Shown: positions 1 to 16,462 of the stretch, in pieces
Position numbering within the stretch: the stretch's first letter is position 1
Layout of the letters: every line of letters begins with the position of its first letter
NCBI GenBank assembly: GCA_951406725.2
Contig: OX597829.1
Location: 42,284,001 to 42,348,000 of the forward strand
DNA length: 64,000 bases
Reading direction: 5' to 3'
From: Octopus vulgaris
Taxonomy: Eukaryota
Made by a program: the position numbers and the translations under genes
Notes under the pieces: model-generated
What the model was told of the DNA's origin: nothing
What the model saw: the letters and a program-made list of their open reading frames with translations, nothing else
The model's database searches: none

Positions 1-1303
1 ATGACGGCGCATATGGCTGATAAAGAACACAAACTGATGGAGGACAAACACGGTGTTTATTTTGAACATTGAAAGTGAAAGAGGTATTTTCTTTCTGAAG
101 ACTCCAGGTGGAACTGGAAAGACATTTGTCATCAACCTTCTTCTGGCTAAACTGCGCCTAATGAAACACATTACCATAGCAGTGGCGTCAAGTGGAATAG
201 CTGCAACTCAGCCAAGTGGTGGCCGCACAGCTCATTCCTATTTCAAACTCCCTTTGGACCAGTCCCAGAAAGAGAAAGCGAACTACAACATCAGTCGTGG
301 TTCTATAAAAGGCAAACTTCTGAATGAATGTATATTGATCACCTGGGATAAAACGACAATGAGTCGAAGGTTTGCTTTGAATGTCTTGATATGGTCCTTC
401 AGGACCTGAGACACGACACCAGGCTCATAGGATGTGACACAGACTTGCTTGCAGGAGACTTTAGAAAAACCCTTCCCGTAGTTCCAAAGGGGACAAGAGC
501 TGATGAGCTAAATGCCAGCATAAAGTTGTCTTACTTATGGAATAGTTTGCAAAAGCTTAGACGCACAACCAACATGAGACGACTGCAGTTCAGTGGTGAT
601 GATGTAGTCAGAACCTTTTCAAAGCAAATATTGGGCGTCATTGATGGCACTTCGGTTGGACATATGGCATCTGATTTAAATGAACTAGGGAATAAGGTGT
701 TTCCTAACCCAAGGAATCGGTTTACAGACCACAACTGGCTGAACATCAATTTCTAGAACGCTTACCAGGTTCGCATCACATCTACAATTCTATTTCCACT
801 GTACTCAACATCGATGAAGCTGTGAATTATCCAGTTGAATTCTTGAATAGTCTAACACCACCCGGCCTCTGACCTCACCACTTGCATCTCAAGATTGGGA
901 CACTTGTTATGCTGCTTCGAAACCTTGATCCACCAAAGCTTTGCAATAGCACGCGATTTATGATGAAGAAGATGATGCTAACAGTCTTGGAGACAACAAT
1001 TTTGACTGGTAAAGAAAGCGGTGAGCCTATATTCATTCATAGAATTCCACTTATCCTCTGGAAATGACTTTCCTGTACAAACGCTTGCAATTCCCGTTGA
1101 AACTGAGCTTTCCAATGAGCATTAACAAGGTCCAGGGCCATTCCTTGGATGTGGTAGGTCTGAACCTTGCGGAACTAGTTTTCTCCCATGACCAACTTTA
1201 TGCTGGATGCTCAAGAGTCGGCAATCCTAATCATTTATTTATTTATGCCTCACAAAGAAAGACCCAAAATGTTGTTTATCAAGAATCTCTGCAAACTAAA
1301 TAA
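1..1303 (+). pseudogene. Helitron RepHel PIF1-family helicase remnant
   Basis: Motifs PGGTGKTF (Walker A), [62 protein letters not shown]; broken by frameshifts. Confidence 0.9.
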
Positions 1304-2340
1304 AATTTACCAAACCATGAGGTGTTTAATATTTAACTGCAATATTTGTAAGTGTTGTAAATGTACTGATAATCTACATGTTATTTTATTTATAAATCCA
1401 TATGTAAATTTCTATGTCTACTGTAAAACTAAATGTCGGTGTCTGTTTCTACATTCATCGTAAATTTATTTCAACACTAGCACCCCTAAGGGTTATATTC
1501 TCTGGGAACGCACAAAAGCCCTTTTCAATGTTATTTACTTTGAACTGTTCATGTCTCATATCCGATTAGCCTGTTATTACGTAACATGCTTCACGATGTT
1601 GGTATACATTCGTTATTGGTATTTCCTCATAAGTTCTGCATTATGGGAACGCATTAAAGTCCTTTTCAGGCAACTAATTTAAAGTTTTTACGCAACTGAC
1701 TTCACGGTCGTCCTGAATGAGGCTGGCCTTCAAGCGACAAATGGCCATTCCTAAAGTGTGGAAACCACTCGTAAACTTGTGTTTTCCTCGTGGCAGCGCC
1801 CTTGTACGCTATTTGAAGCATGACAACTGTTTTGGTCACCGTTTAACCCAGCAGAAAAAGAAGAATCACACGGAAGCCCGCTGTTCCTTCGTTTCAGCCA
1901 TCGCAAAAATCGACGAACAGAGGAGAAGCGCCGAAAAAGAAAGACGCATCACATGACAGTAAGATACAACCGGAAGACGTCGGTCGGCAGACTGATGCCG
2001 GAGAGATGCAGCGGAAGCCCGAACTACAACGGTTTTGTCCCACAGAGAACGTTTCCGGTTACTTTTGGGTACCTCATGTATCTGTGTGTGTGTGTTTGTT
2101 CCTGCAGCACGCTTGACAACCAGTGTTGGTTTGTTTACGTCAGTAGCTTAGCATTTTGGCAAAAAAATAACTATAGAATGAGTACGAGGCTTTAAAAAAT
2201 TAATTACTAGGATCGACATGGTTCACCTAAAAATTCTCCGAGGCGGTGCCCCAGTCTGGCCGTAGTCTAATGACTGAAACAAGTAAAAGATACAAAACAA
2301 TATGTCTCATAATTCTTCAGCCTCTCTCTCTCTCTGTCTG

Positions 2341-2388
<48 letters not shown>

Positions 2389-2803
2389 GGTCTCTGTCTC
2401 TCTGTCTCTTCTTTTCTCTCCTTTACTCTCCCTCCCTCCCTCTCCCTTTGTCTGCTTGCCTGTCTGCCTGTCTTTCTCTCTGTCTATCTGTCTCTCTGAG
2501 CTTTGGTTTCCACCAAACCACACTTTCCTTAATGTGCCAATGCATCGGTCCAGACGCGTTTTCGACTATTCTTAGATATATTTATTTTTAATGTGCCTAT
2601 CCATAACTATATTACCTTTCCTTAAATATAATCAACTGATTATGAAGACAAATTCTATCCGTTCAAACGGTTAAGTTTCCTTATAGTAATATGCCTTAGA
2701 AATATGTATGCTTCCTCTAAATCGAACTACACATACCTGTAATTAATACCATTCAGAAGTTTGGGTCTTCGCTTCTATATACTACACAGCTTTGTTGCCT
2801 TAG

Positions 2804-3501
2804 CTATGAAATAATAGTTTATTCAAAGTAGTCGCCTTCAGTTTCCACCGCGGCCTCAAGACGACTCCAGAACCTAGAGCATGCGTTTTTCTTGGTCACT
2901 AGCTCGCCATGGTGCTGCAAGCGGTGCAGATGGTATCTTTCTCAACCGCACCCCACACATAATAATCTATGTTATTAAAAAAGAGGGAATTAGAAGTCCA
3001 GAAATTGGGTCTGGTGAAGTCGTAAAGTTGTAAAGATTCTCCGATTTCAGACTTTCCGTATGTGTGGCAAGGAATCGAATTCTGTGGGCCACACAAATGG
3101 CATTTCAGTAGAGCCCTCCCCAGACAGATTTTGACCACAGTTTCCAGCAGCTTCATATAACCGTCTTAATTGAGCCTAAGACCCTGTTCTGACGTGCTGG
3201 TGCAGTTATGACGCTTGTTGTGTCGCCCACGTCTTTGTATCTCCGTTGCAGTTGTCCGTCACTTCTTTCAGCCTTTATAATGAGCATTGAGCAGAAGTCA
3301 TGATGTCAGTATTTTGACACCCGGCACGAGTGGTCAATATACAGGGAACTCTTCTCTAATATTCACATGGCTTCCAGTCCTCCATATCAGTAAACTTTTT
3401 CTCAAAATGCTCACCAACGCCGTTGACTGTTCACTGCTACATTAAGTTGTTCATGGAAAACAGAAGTCATAAAAATTGTCAAATTTACCCCGAACACCCT
3501 G
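2804..3501 (-). mobile_element. Tc1/mariner (maT-like) remnant; duplicate at 40577-41274
   Basis: Motifs DYYVWGAVEKDT and C-terminal ACSRFWSRLEAAVETEGDYFE*; one terminal repeat CAGGGTGTTCGGGG at 3501. Confidence 0.7.
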
Positions 3502-3593
3502 TGTGTTTGATCAGCGCCGCTTTAGGAGTAACCTATAATACAACAATAACAACAATAACAACATCCTACTGTTTTCTTTTCTCCATTTTTCAG

Positions 3594-3751
3594 TTGTCAC
3601 TAAGGAATGCCTGCAATACAGTAAGGATTTGGACTGCAGGTTCCATAATTGTTTATTCGAAAGATATCCCTGTGGTGACGACCGGCGAAAGGCTGAAGCG
3701 TATGCTCAGTGTGAGAAATCCAGGGCAAGAGCAAATAATTTGACTGAATCG
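3594..3751 (+). CDS. Stanniocalcin-like gene copy A, exon 2 (exon 1 expected upstream of the window)
   Basis: TTTTTCAG acceptor; 158 nt; reads VTKECLQYSKDLDCRFHNCLFERYPCGDDRRKAEAYAQCEKSRARANNLTES; donor GTAGGT; same length and Cys positions as 41357-41514. Confidence 0.85.
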
Positions 3752-3796
3752 GTAGGTCAAACTTCTGATTTGAATCGCGCGTGTTAAATAGTAAGG

Positions 3797-3859
<63 letters not shown>

Positions 3860-3954
3860 AAAGTGAAAGTGTGTGAGGGAGAGAAAGGGTGAGAGCATTA
3901 AGAGAGAGTTAAGAGGAAGGAGGATGTCATGTTTTATTATCATTATTATATCGT

Positions 3955-4019
3955 AAGGTGGCAAGCTGGAAGAAACTTTAGCACGCCGAACGAAATGCTT
4001 AGCGGTATTTCGTCTATCT
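3955..4019 (+). mobile_element. tRNA-derived SINE (called family B here), split by the Tx1; 3' part at 8457-8625
   Basis: GCACGCC..CGAAATGCTTAGCGGTATTTCGTC continues as GTTCTGAGTTCAAATTCC (B-box-like). Uninterrupted relatives at 13245-13465, 47025-47245 and 61980-62205 (-). Confidence 0.8.
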
Positions 4020-7000
4020 GTTATTGAAAATTTATTGATGGAGTGTGTTCGTAAGTTTCTGTTAATTGTTGTATCTCTTGTTGTGCCTATTGTTGGACTT
4101 ATTGTTTAAAAATTGTATTAAAATTTTCTTTCGAAAGCTATCTGTGGAGAAAAACATAAATTGCCGGCAAGATTCCGAAAAGTGCTTCTTCGTCGGGTGA
4201 AGATTCATCGACCGAGCGGGGAGCTAAGAATTTAGAAAGTTTAATTTGTGATAACATTTCTGATGTTTCGGAAAATGAATCCCCTGCATTACCAAAAGCT
4301 GCGGATACCAAAAGAAATATAGAAGCAAAGACCCTTGAAAATGAAGAAAGAAAAAGTTTTGCGTCAGCAGCTGATAGTGGAACGCGACAGCTGTCAACTG
4401 ACAAAAAAGAATTATTAAAATAAAAGGAAATGATAACAGAATGAGATGGAGTGGTAAAAGTGGAAATACCAGGAGAAGAATTAACGGAGGAAAAAATAGA
4501 AAATTATTATTTTAAAGACATTCTGCATAAAAGCTCGTAGAATTGACAAGATATGTGAGAAAAAAATTGAAAAATGTTTAAAGCCCATCTGGCAGGACAT
4601 TACCTATCTAGTCAGAGGGAAGAAGTTTTTGGAAATATCGTGGTGAGGTTCAAGAACGCAGAAACGGCACAACAACACTCTATAAAATCTTTAGTGTCGG
4701 AAGACACAATGTTATTCCCAATTTACATGGGAATGAGAACATCAAAGGTGAGAATACAAAGAATTCCACCCGGAGTAAACCCTATATGCTTGATGGCGGC
4801 AGTCCTGGTAAACAGAGAAGATAATATTAACCTCCTGCAGGCTACCGTCACAGAGAATACATATTAGACAGGTCAAACGCTCAACCTCATACTGCAAGCT
4901 GACCAAAACATTTTAGAACAGCTCCCAGAAATCGTAGAAGTAGGGGAGGAAGTTCTAAATATTTTTGTTGAGAGACGTAAGCCTCGATGTTTCCAGTGTG
5001 ATCAACTGGGTCTAATTAAAAATATTGTAAGGAAGATGAAGAAGAATCAGACAGTGAGGAGGAAGAAAGAGAGAGAGAGAGAGAGGAGAGAGTGAAAGTG
5101 GAGGAAAAATAAACAACAAAAGGAAAATGGAAGGCTCGAACGAGCAAAAGCAGAGCGAGCCGAGACCAAAAGAAAAAATAATTAAAAAAACAGCAAAGAG
5201 AGACTGATTGAGGATGGCGGAGAGGGTGACGAACAGAGAATGGCTGCACTATACAGCAAAAACGAATATTTAATGCGGGAAATAAAAACAAAAAAAATCA
5301 GCAACTAGTCTAATTGAACTGTCAGATAAATATAAAAACTATGAATTTTAGGATTTGGACAAAAAACATAACATCTTACACATACAGAAAATCGGTCTTA
5401 ACATTGAGATTTGATTCTCATCAATCTATGTTTGAAGGATTGCCATCTCCGACCCTAAGTCAAGGAAAGGTGGAGAGTCCCTCTCCATAGGACGCCCCAA
5501 TCTAAAAGGTAAGTCACGTCTATTCACATTGGTTGTATAAATGTTTGTGGCGTGATGTCGATTGGGAAGCAAGGGCGCTTCCTAAATGACATCAGGTCGA
5601 GAAATTTGGATGTAATTGTTGCAACGGAAACCCAGGTGAAGGTGCCAAGAGATCTGCTGCCTATCCTGAATGGCTACGAGTAATACGTTTCTCCGAGCAG
5701 GGCGAGAGGTGGGGGTGGGGTGTTGGCACTACTAAAATGAAACCGGGTAGCCGTGGAAAAGTTGGTTTTTTTCTGACCCAGAAGGCAGGTTGGTCATTCT
5801 TGACCCGACATTCAGTTGTGACAAGATAATCAGGCTAGTCGCTAATTATGTACCCAACATTATGGGCCCACAAATGAAAATTTTCGTGACCTGGACAAGT
5901 TCCTAGCCATGTCGCATTCGCTAGTACTGTTAGGAGCATTTAACACAATATGTCACGCACACACAATTTGTGTTGGCTCGAACATAAACAAAAAAATTGT
6001 AACCCAGGTTTACGGGATCTGCTAAGTCACTTTCAGCTAGCAGATCCATATAAGTTGGAACACCCGAACACGCCTCAGTGGACGTGGTCAAACAGTGACG
6101 GGTCTTCCAGAACATATCTAGATAGGATTTTAATTAGAGAAACAGATAAGTCCATAGCCGAGTTCCACAGTTTTTTCTAGTCAGCTACAGTAACCACAAG
6201 ATGGTTACCAGTAAACTTACGGTAGATAAGTTGCATAGTCAGGGATCTGGCTACTGTATGCCAGGCTTGTTCGGGCATCTACTGGCTGACGTGTAAGCGA
6301 ACTGGCAACAGAATGGGTTTATCCCCAGATCTGTGCGCCGAGGAGTAGTGACGTTGGTCAGAAAGCACCCGGACAAGAGACGTTATAGAGAATTTCAGGC
6401 TCATAACTCTGTTAAACGCAGAGTGAAGATTTTGGCCAAGGTCTTAGCAAAAGGGTTGGTGCGTGTCAGGAATGGTATAGTCAGGGAGGCACAGACATGT
6501 GTCATCCCAGGGAGAACCATTCAGGATACCTCCATCTTATTTGCTATACCATAGACAGGGTTGGTAATAAATCTGGCAAAGGTGGGGCATTGGTACATTT
6601 AGACCAGTCTAAAGCGTTTGATAGGGTTGACCATCGATACCTGGCGTCTGTGCTTGCGCGGTTCGGCGTGGGCCTTGGCTTCCTCAGGTGGTTTATCGCT
6701 TTGTACCACAATATTGACTCGATAGTTTGGGTGAACGGTTTCCTTTCGAAGCCGTTCTGCATCAGACGCTCGGTTCGTCAAGGATGTCCGTGCTCACAAC
6801 TTTTGTATGTGATGGCTCTGGAGCTCCTACTGCGAAGGTTGAGTGGCATCCCGAGAGAACCAGGTCTAGGAGGGTTTGTTACGGTTTACGCGGATGATAT
6901 CACTATCAGCGTAACCTCAGTAGCACGCCTACGAGAAGTGGGTAAGAGTTTTGAGGCTTACGTGGAGGTGACAGGAGCAAAGATTAACCGGGAAAATCGG

Positions 7001-8456
7001 TCGGCTTGCAGCTCGGCACCTGGCAAGTCGATGCCTTCAGACAGCGTTGTTGGGCGCTGGACGGAGGGACCGGTTAAGTTGCTGGGAGTTTGGTTTGGAC
7101 CAGGCTTCCAGATAGAGTACTGGACGGAGGTATTGAGCAGGGTGGCTGCAGTAGTCAAGACCTGGTCTTGGCGGTGGCTATCCCTGAAAGGGAGGGCGGA
7201 GGTGGTCAATGTGCTTATCGCATCGGTTATTACCTACCGCCTGACCGGCATGCTCTGTCCGGATTCGTGGTTGATCAGGTTGGAGAAACAGCTCTTTCGC
7301 TTTTTGTGGAATTGCATCACCACTTGTGAAACGCTCTGTCTGCTGTGAAAAGCCTTTAAAGGGAGGTTTAGGGATGACTTGGTTAACGATGCGCAGGCAT
7401 GCGTTGAGGTTGAGGCGCCTCTGGATTCTCCTGGATAGTGAACGGGTGTGGTCTCCGCTGGCCAGACAAATGTTCCCCAGTTCAAAAGTTTTTGCGAACA
7501 GGAAGCCTGGTGTTCTCGTAGACCGAGGTCGAGTGAATGGCATAAAGAGTGCCGTAAGGTCCTCTTGCTATTCCTGCACATGGGCAACGCCAGCGGTGGG
7601 GGTTCCACACGGATTTTATATAGTGGGTTGGAAGACTCAGAAAGCGACGATCGCCTGGGGTCGACTCTAGGTCTCGGGTTTATTCAATTGGACAGCCTGT
7701 TTCACCGTACATTCGGGTTGAGAACGTTGCACAACTTACAAAAGTCCTTAACCTGGCAATAATACAGAGGTGCCTTGCCCTGTGTGGGATAAGCTCGCAA
7801 GACACGGTGAGCGTCAGTCACCGACCTGTTCAAGATGTTGTGGGGGTGGGGGTGGGGGCAGGGTAACCGTCCCTCACGCTATTGTTCAGTGTCTGGAGAT
7901 ATCTCAAATGTGGGCTTATGCTGAACACCTGTTGTCCGGCGAAGGAAGAGTACAGCTATCGACTGAGTCAATTATAAAAATTGACCCACCGGGAGTGTAA
8001 GAATTGTTTTCTCGCGGTTGTAGCAATGGTGAAAGAGGCAATACGAAAGACGGATAAAAGGAATTAAAACAGACAATTTTATCTTTGGCCACAATTTACG
8101 ATCATTTTTTTCCTGTTCATTTGGAAAGGAAGATGTGGCTGGAGAAGAGATGTCTGTCGGGGTGTACGTTCCAAAAGAGACGGAAGCATGTTACGCGAGT
8201 GTTGTGCGTGCAAGGAACCGTGTGAATAGACGGGGAAAAAAAGATACCAGCGATGGATCGGGGCTTGTGGGGTCGGAGCGTGGCCTGGTCGTCGCTTCAT
8301 TTGTGTTGTCCCTGTATTATTAATTTCATTCGATTTTCTATATATTGTATTTAATTTTTTAACGTCACATTTTATGTAAAATCATACCGCATTACTGATC
8401 CCATCAGTTGTTCTGTCCATTTCTATGTTTAGCCCCCGGTGGGCAATAAAGAAATT
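4020..8456 (+). mobile_element. Near full-length degenerate Tx1/L1-clade LINE with 16-bp TSD
   Basis: ORF1 remnant with RKPRCFQC knuckle (about 4975-5030); APE motifs (LDVIVATET, YLDR); RT motifs (LDQSKAFDRVDH, VRQGCP, YADD); zf-RVT; tail GGGCAATAAAGAAA; TSD at 4004-4019 and 8457-8472. Confidence 0.9.
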
Positions 8457-8740
8457 GGTATTTCGTCTGTCTTTACGTTCTGAGTTCAAATTCCGCTGAG
8501 GTCGACTTTGCCTTTCATCCTTTCGATGTCGATAAATTAAGTACCAGTTGCACACTGGGATTGATCTAATCCATATAGTCCCTTCCACCAAAATTTCTCG
8601 TCTTCTGCCTAGAGTAGAAAAAAAATCGTTAGCACGCCGGGCGAAATGCTTAGCGGTATTTCTACTGCCGCTACATTCTTAGATCAAATTCCACCGTGAT
8701 CGACTGTACCCCTCCTCACAAAATCCAGGCTTTGTGCCTA

Positions 8741-8811
<71 letters not shown>

Positions 8812-8814
8812 GCA

Positions 8815-11893
<3,079 letters not shown>

Positions 11894-11922
11894 CAACTTA
11901 TAATAATTATTATTATTATTAT

Positions 11923-11987
<65 letters not shown>

Positions 11988-12047
11988 TAATAATAATTAT
12001 AATAATAATAATAATTATTATTATTATTATTATTATTATCATTATTA

Positions 12048-12124
<77 letters not shown>

Positions 12125-12127
<3 letters not shown>

Positions 12128-13083
12128 TAGTATTATTTTTTTATCGTGCCTAATCACCTACTATGATAGGAATTGTTTCTGTTTTTAGATTCCACATTCT
12201 GGTTACCTCTATTTCCAGGTCTTTGTATTTTGAAAGTTTCTCCATTTCTTTTAGAGACACGTTGTCATCTGCCGGTATTGATACATCAATTAGAAAGCAT
12301 TTCTTTTCTTCATGATCTTTGACAACTATATCTGGTCTGTTAGCCTTAATTTCTCTATCTGTGTGTATCGGCATATCCCAGAGAATGGTTGCTTTCTCGT
12401 TTTCTGTGACCTTTTCTGGTGTGTGCCTATACCATTTTTTTTTCTGTTGTTATTCCATAATGTTGGCATGGCTTCCAGTGTATGTAGGTTCCAGCTCTGT
12501 CATGTCTGTGAATATATTCCTTCTTAGCCAGGACTGGGCAGCCAGAGATAATATGATTTAATCTTTCTTGTCCATCTCCACATATTCTGCAGTTACTTGT
12601 TATATTTCTTTTCATTACATGTTTTTGGTAATTTCTGGTGGGGAGGCTTTGGTCTTGTGCTGCAATTAAAAATCCCTCTGTCTCTGCTTTGAGTCCTGAG
12701 CTTCTCAACCATTGCTGGGATTTTTCTTTGTCTATTTCTTTTGCGTTTAGTTTAGTCCAGTATTTACCATGAAGGGGTTTTGCTTGCCATCGTTTTATCA
12801 TGGTTCGTTGCTGTTCTATTTTTAGTTTGGATTTCATTTGTTTTATAGTTTTTGTTGTTTCTTCTTCTTCATCTTCTTCTTCATATTTATTAGGTGGTAT
12901 GATTTCTTGTTTGTATTTGTCAGCTTCCTTAAATACTTAGAACAGTTTATTGTTTTGCTCGCGTTTTGCCGCTATTTGTATCAGTTTTCCTTCCTTCTGA
13001 AGTAGATATTTTTGAAGTCCTATGGTGGTTATTTTATAGTAGTTTTCCAGCTGTATAAGGCACGTACATTAATAATATTATAC

Positions 13084-13085
<2 letters not shown>
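12125..13085 (-). mobile_element. Second R4/Dong fragment (C-terminal); copies at 45842-46803 (-) and 62377-63340 (+)
   Basis: Motifs ETEGFLIAAQDQ, CRIC...HIISGC, RHD, NRPDIVV...KLSKYKDL; (TAA)n on both sides. Confidence 0.9.
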
Positions 13086-13154
<69 letters not shown>

Positions 13155-13161
13155 GTTGTTG

Positions 13162-13233
<72 letters not shown>

Positions 13234-13796
13234 GTTTGATAAGACGATGAGCAGGCCAAATCGTTAATACTCCGGGAAAAATGCTTAGCGGCATTTCGTC
13301 CGTCTTTGCATTCTGAGCTCAAATTCCGCCGAGGTCGACTTTGCCCTTCATCCATTCAGAGTGGATAAAAATAAATTCCAGCTGATCATTGGCGTCGATG
13401 TAATTGACTAGTTTTCTCCCCCAATATTTCAGGCTTTGCGCCTGTAATAGAAACGATTATTATTCTTTTTGTTTTACTCAATACATACGTAATTCTACTT
13501 CAGTTTTCTAATATTCCATGCATTAAGTATGTTGACAATCAAATTATCTTTTATTTAACAAGTAGGTGGCAACCCTAACCATTCAGGACACGGCCGTCAC
13601 TCTGAGAGGTACTTTCAAAATACCCGCATCACCTTCTTTGTTATGCTACATTTCACTGCTACCATACACCGATCTTTTCTCGTTTCTTAGATTTATAACG
13701 TTTTTATAAATCAGCCATTATGCACTGACCGTGTGTCTCTCTCTGTTTTTCTTTTCATCCCTTCACTATTTTTTAACATCTATACGTTATCGTATG

Positions 13797-14130
13797 TGAA
13801 GGCGCATAGCACAGTGGTTAGAGCGTCGGGCTCACAAGCATGGGGTAGTGAGTTCGAATCCTGGAGCGTACCGTGCGTTGTGTTCTTGCGCAAGACTCTT
13901 TATTTCACATTGCTCCAGTTTACTCAGCTGTAGAAATGAGTTGCGACTTCAGTGGTGCCAAGCTGTATCGGCTTTTACTTTGCATAACATCGGTTGCTTG
14001 GAGATGGGAGGCAGGTATGCATAGCTGACTGCCGATCTTCTATAAACAACCCTGACCAGTCTTGTGCTTCGGAGGGCAACTTTCCAAGTGCAGTCCCATG
14101 GTCATTCATGACCGAAGGGGTCTTTTTACC
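13797..14130 (+). mobile_element. tRNA-derived SINE (called family C here); copies at 47577-47910, 61320-61655 (-) and 26420-26720
   Basis: A box TAGCACAGTGG, B box GTTCGAATCC, shared central segment GTGTTCTTG.GCAAGAC.CTTTATTTCAC. Confidence 0.85.
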
Positions 14131-14357
14131 CTTCCTTCTTCTACGCGCCATTACTAACTTATCTATTCCTTACTCCGCCAGATTAGAGAGACAAAGTACT
14201 GGGGTCTTTGTTATCTACCTGGCCTCCATTCCTCTCAAAATTACTGCTCTTGTGTTAAAAGTAGATAGAATTACTAGTCACTCCCCACAAATAAATAAAT
14301 AAATAATCCCTAAAACGTCAATTTTTGTTTTAACTAACCACTGTCTAATATTCACAG

Positions 14358-14584
14358 GGTAAGACCTGGTACTATAGTATCACAAGATGTTACGTGGCAG
14401 AGTTAACAAATCTCTACAAACGGTCGTCAATCATTTGTCATTTTATTGGCTCAATGCTGCTGAAAACACAAAAGAGATGTTACATACAGAATGATTTCTG
14501 TACTATAGGCTGGGACCACCGCGAGGATCTGTGGTATATATTCAGTGAACCATTAGAAACAGCCAAATCACCTCATTATAAAAG
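14358..14584 (+). CDS. Stanniocalcin-like gene copy A, exon 3
   Basis: CACAG acceptor; 227 nt; reads GKTWYYSITRCYVAELTNLYKRSSIICHFIGSMLLKTQKRCYIQNDFCTIGWDHREDLWYIFSEPLETAKSPHYK; donor AG|GTAAGT; same frame as ORF 14394..14588. Confidence 0.85.
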
Positions 14585-14639
14585 GTAAGTATTTGTTATT
14601 TTGGTTGTTGTTGATGGTGGTGATAGTAATAGAAGAGGT

Positions 14640-16400
14640 GGTGTTTCATGCAACACTTTTGAAATGTCAGCGAAATGTCGGTGCCAGCTAATCACTTAAG
14701 GAATTCTGTCATCCATTGTATTGTGTTTGCTAAAATCATGCTTGTAGATTTACTATCTTTGCTAATCTTAACTATTTCACTTGCTATTTCCTTTAATCGT
14801 GATTCACTGTAACCGCGTTTGACATAATGACGTACAAAAGCATTTGCATGTTTCCAGTAGCCCCCTATGTCAGTACAAATTCATTTTTTCCTCACAAATT
14901 AGGATTTCGGATTTGACCGAATAAGATGATGTGGATGATCGAAGCGGTGATGGAGATAAATGTGGATTGACATGGCTTTGCAAAATAAGCGTCACTATTC
15001 TACCTCCAGAAAACTTAACTTCTGTGTCCAAAAATTCAACGCTAGTCTTTGAAAAACTAGACGTAAATTTTATGTTGGGCTTAACAGTCACAGAAATGCA
15101 AGAAGTCTATTAAACTATCCTGTGATAATTCCCAGACAAAAGATACGCCGTCAATGAACCGTAACCAGAATATTGGTTCATGACTAAGAAGGAATTTGAA
15201 TATCTTCAGTAACTGTGTCTCGAATTTCGTCATGAAGACATTAGCGAAATTAACTGCCATGGGGTACCCATGGCGCAACCCTTCATCTGGTGGTAAAATC
15301 TTTGTCTAAACTTCATTGTGTTACTTTCTAACACAAACCTCAATAATCTACAAAGAAAATTTGATGGAATACTTTTGTTTGCCTGCTTTTCGAAGGCATT
15401 CATGCATGCGTCTACCTTTTCATTGTAGTCAATATTAGGATATAAGGATGAAACATCCATGGTTACCAAAAAAAAATGTTCTCAATACGGTTTCGGTGCT
15501 TCAAAAAAAGTTGCTGATTTTAGATACAAAATCAAAGGTATCCCGAATATATGAACTTGATCGTTTTGCGACGGGGAGTAGAAAGCCATCCAGCCAATCG
15601 GAAATTTTGACCGTGCAACATTCATATCCGCTGTAAATTGGACGCATTGGAGGAAATCTTTCGAACTTTTTGTGTATTTTAGGGAGACCATAAAATACAG
15701 GTGTTCTTCTTTCTGACTATAAATTCTTAGATTCAGCCTTATTAACGAAATAGTTTTCCTCCATTTCCAGAATTATTTTGTCAAGTTTCTCTCTGTAATT
15801 GGGGTTTGGATCGACAGGTAATTCTTCATATGAAGTTTTGTCACTTAAAACTTCTTCACAAGCCGAAATATACTCACTTTTGTCCATAATTACGATAGCG
15901 TTTCCCTTATCCGCCATGTTAATAACAATAGAATCGTTATTAGCTGGACGTCGGAGTGCATAACGTTGGAAATTTGAGAGGTTATTCCAGGACTTCTTTC
16001 CACTTGTGTTAAGGCTTTCTCTAATGCTTGCCTGGCAAGATTCACGGAATTCTAGTAGTGCTTGTGAACGTCCATCCCAAACTTTATCTGGATACCAATT
16101 GGGATTCTTTTCAATCCAATTATGCCAGATTCGATAATCATCATTTTTTATTTTTAGTAAACATATGATGTTCTGACTCCTTGTTACTAGTTTTTTCAAA
16201 AAAATATTCTTTCAGCTTGTGACGCCGGACAAACTGAATTAACCCGTGAGCTAGTTTATTCTTGCGGAAATTCTTAGTGCTTGGGCAAAAACTCAGTCCA
16301 AGCTCTAAGACTGAGACATCATCTGGCGAAAGTTTTAGTTTAGATAAATTTATGACAGACTTATTCTCTAGTGTGATGGTTTTTTTCTCAGGCAAGTGGT
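14640..16400 (-). mobile_element. Penelope-like RT remnant in intron 3; deleted copies at 48430-49375 (-) and 59708-60810 (+)
   Basis: Motifs VINLS..LGLSFCP, ADKGNAIVIMD, DVSSLYPNI, GCAMGTP, WLRFID, IKFT...VEFLD, KRGY. No GIY-YIG seen. Confidence 0.9.
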
Positions 16401-16462
16401 TTTCAGAGTCTTTTTCTCATTAGATTGCTGACTACATTTTGGGCTTTGCTCGAAATCTTCAC

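Noticed and set aside
53-1303. Host PIF1 helicase gene
   Set aside because: Intronless and frameshifted, and preceded by Helitron Rep motifs in the paralogous copy.
2576-2669. Candidate signal-peptide exon for copy A (IYLFLMCLSITILPFL..., phase 1)
   Set aside because: Weak donor (GTTAAG), absent in copy B, and not homologous to the much better exon 1 at 23250.
13797-13870. tRNA gene
   Set aside because: The A/B boxes belong to a SINE head; there is no full cloverleaf and it continues into a repeated body.
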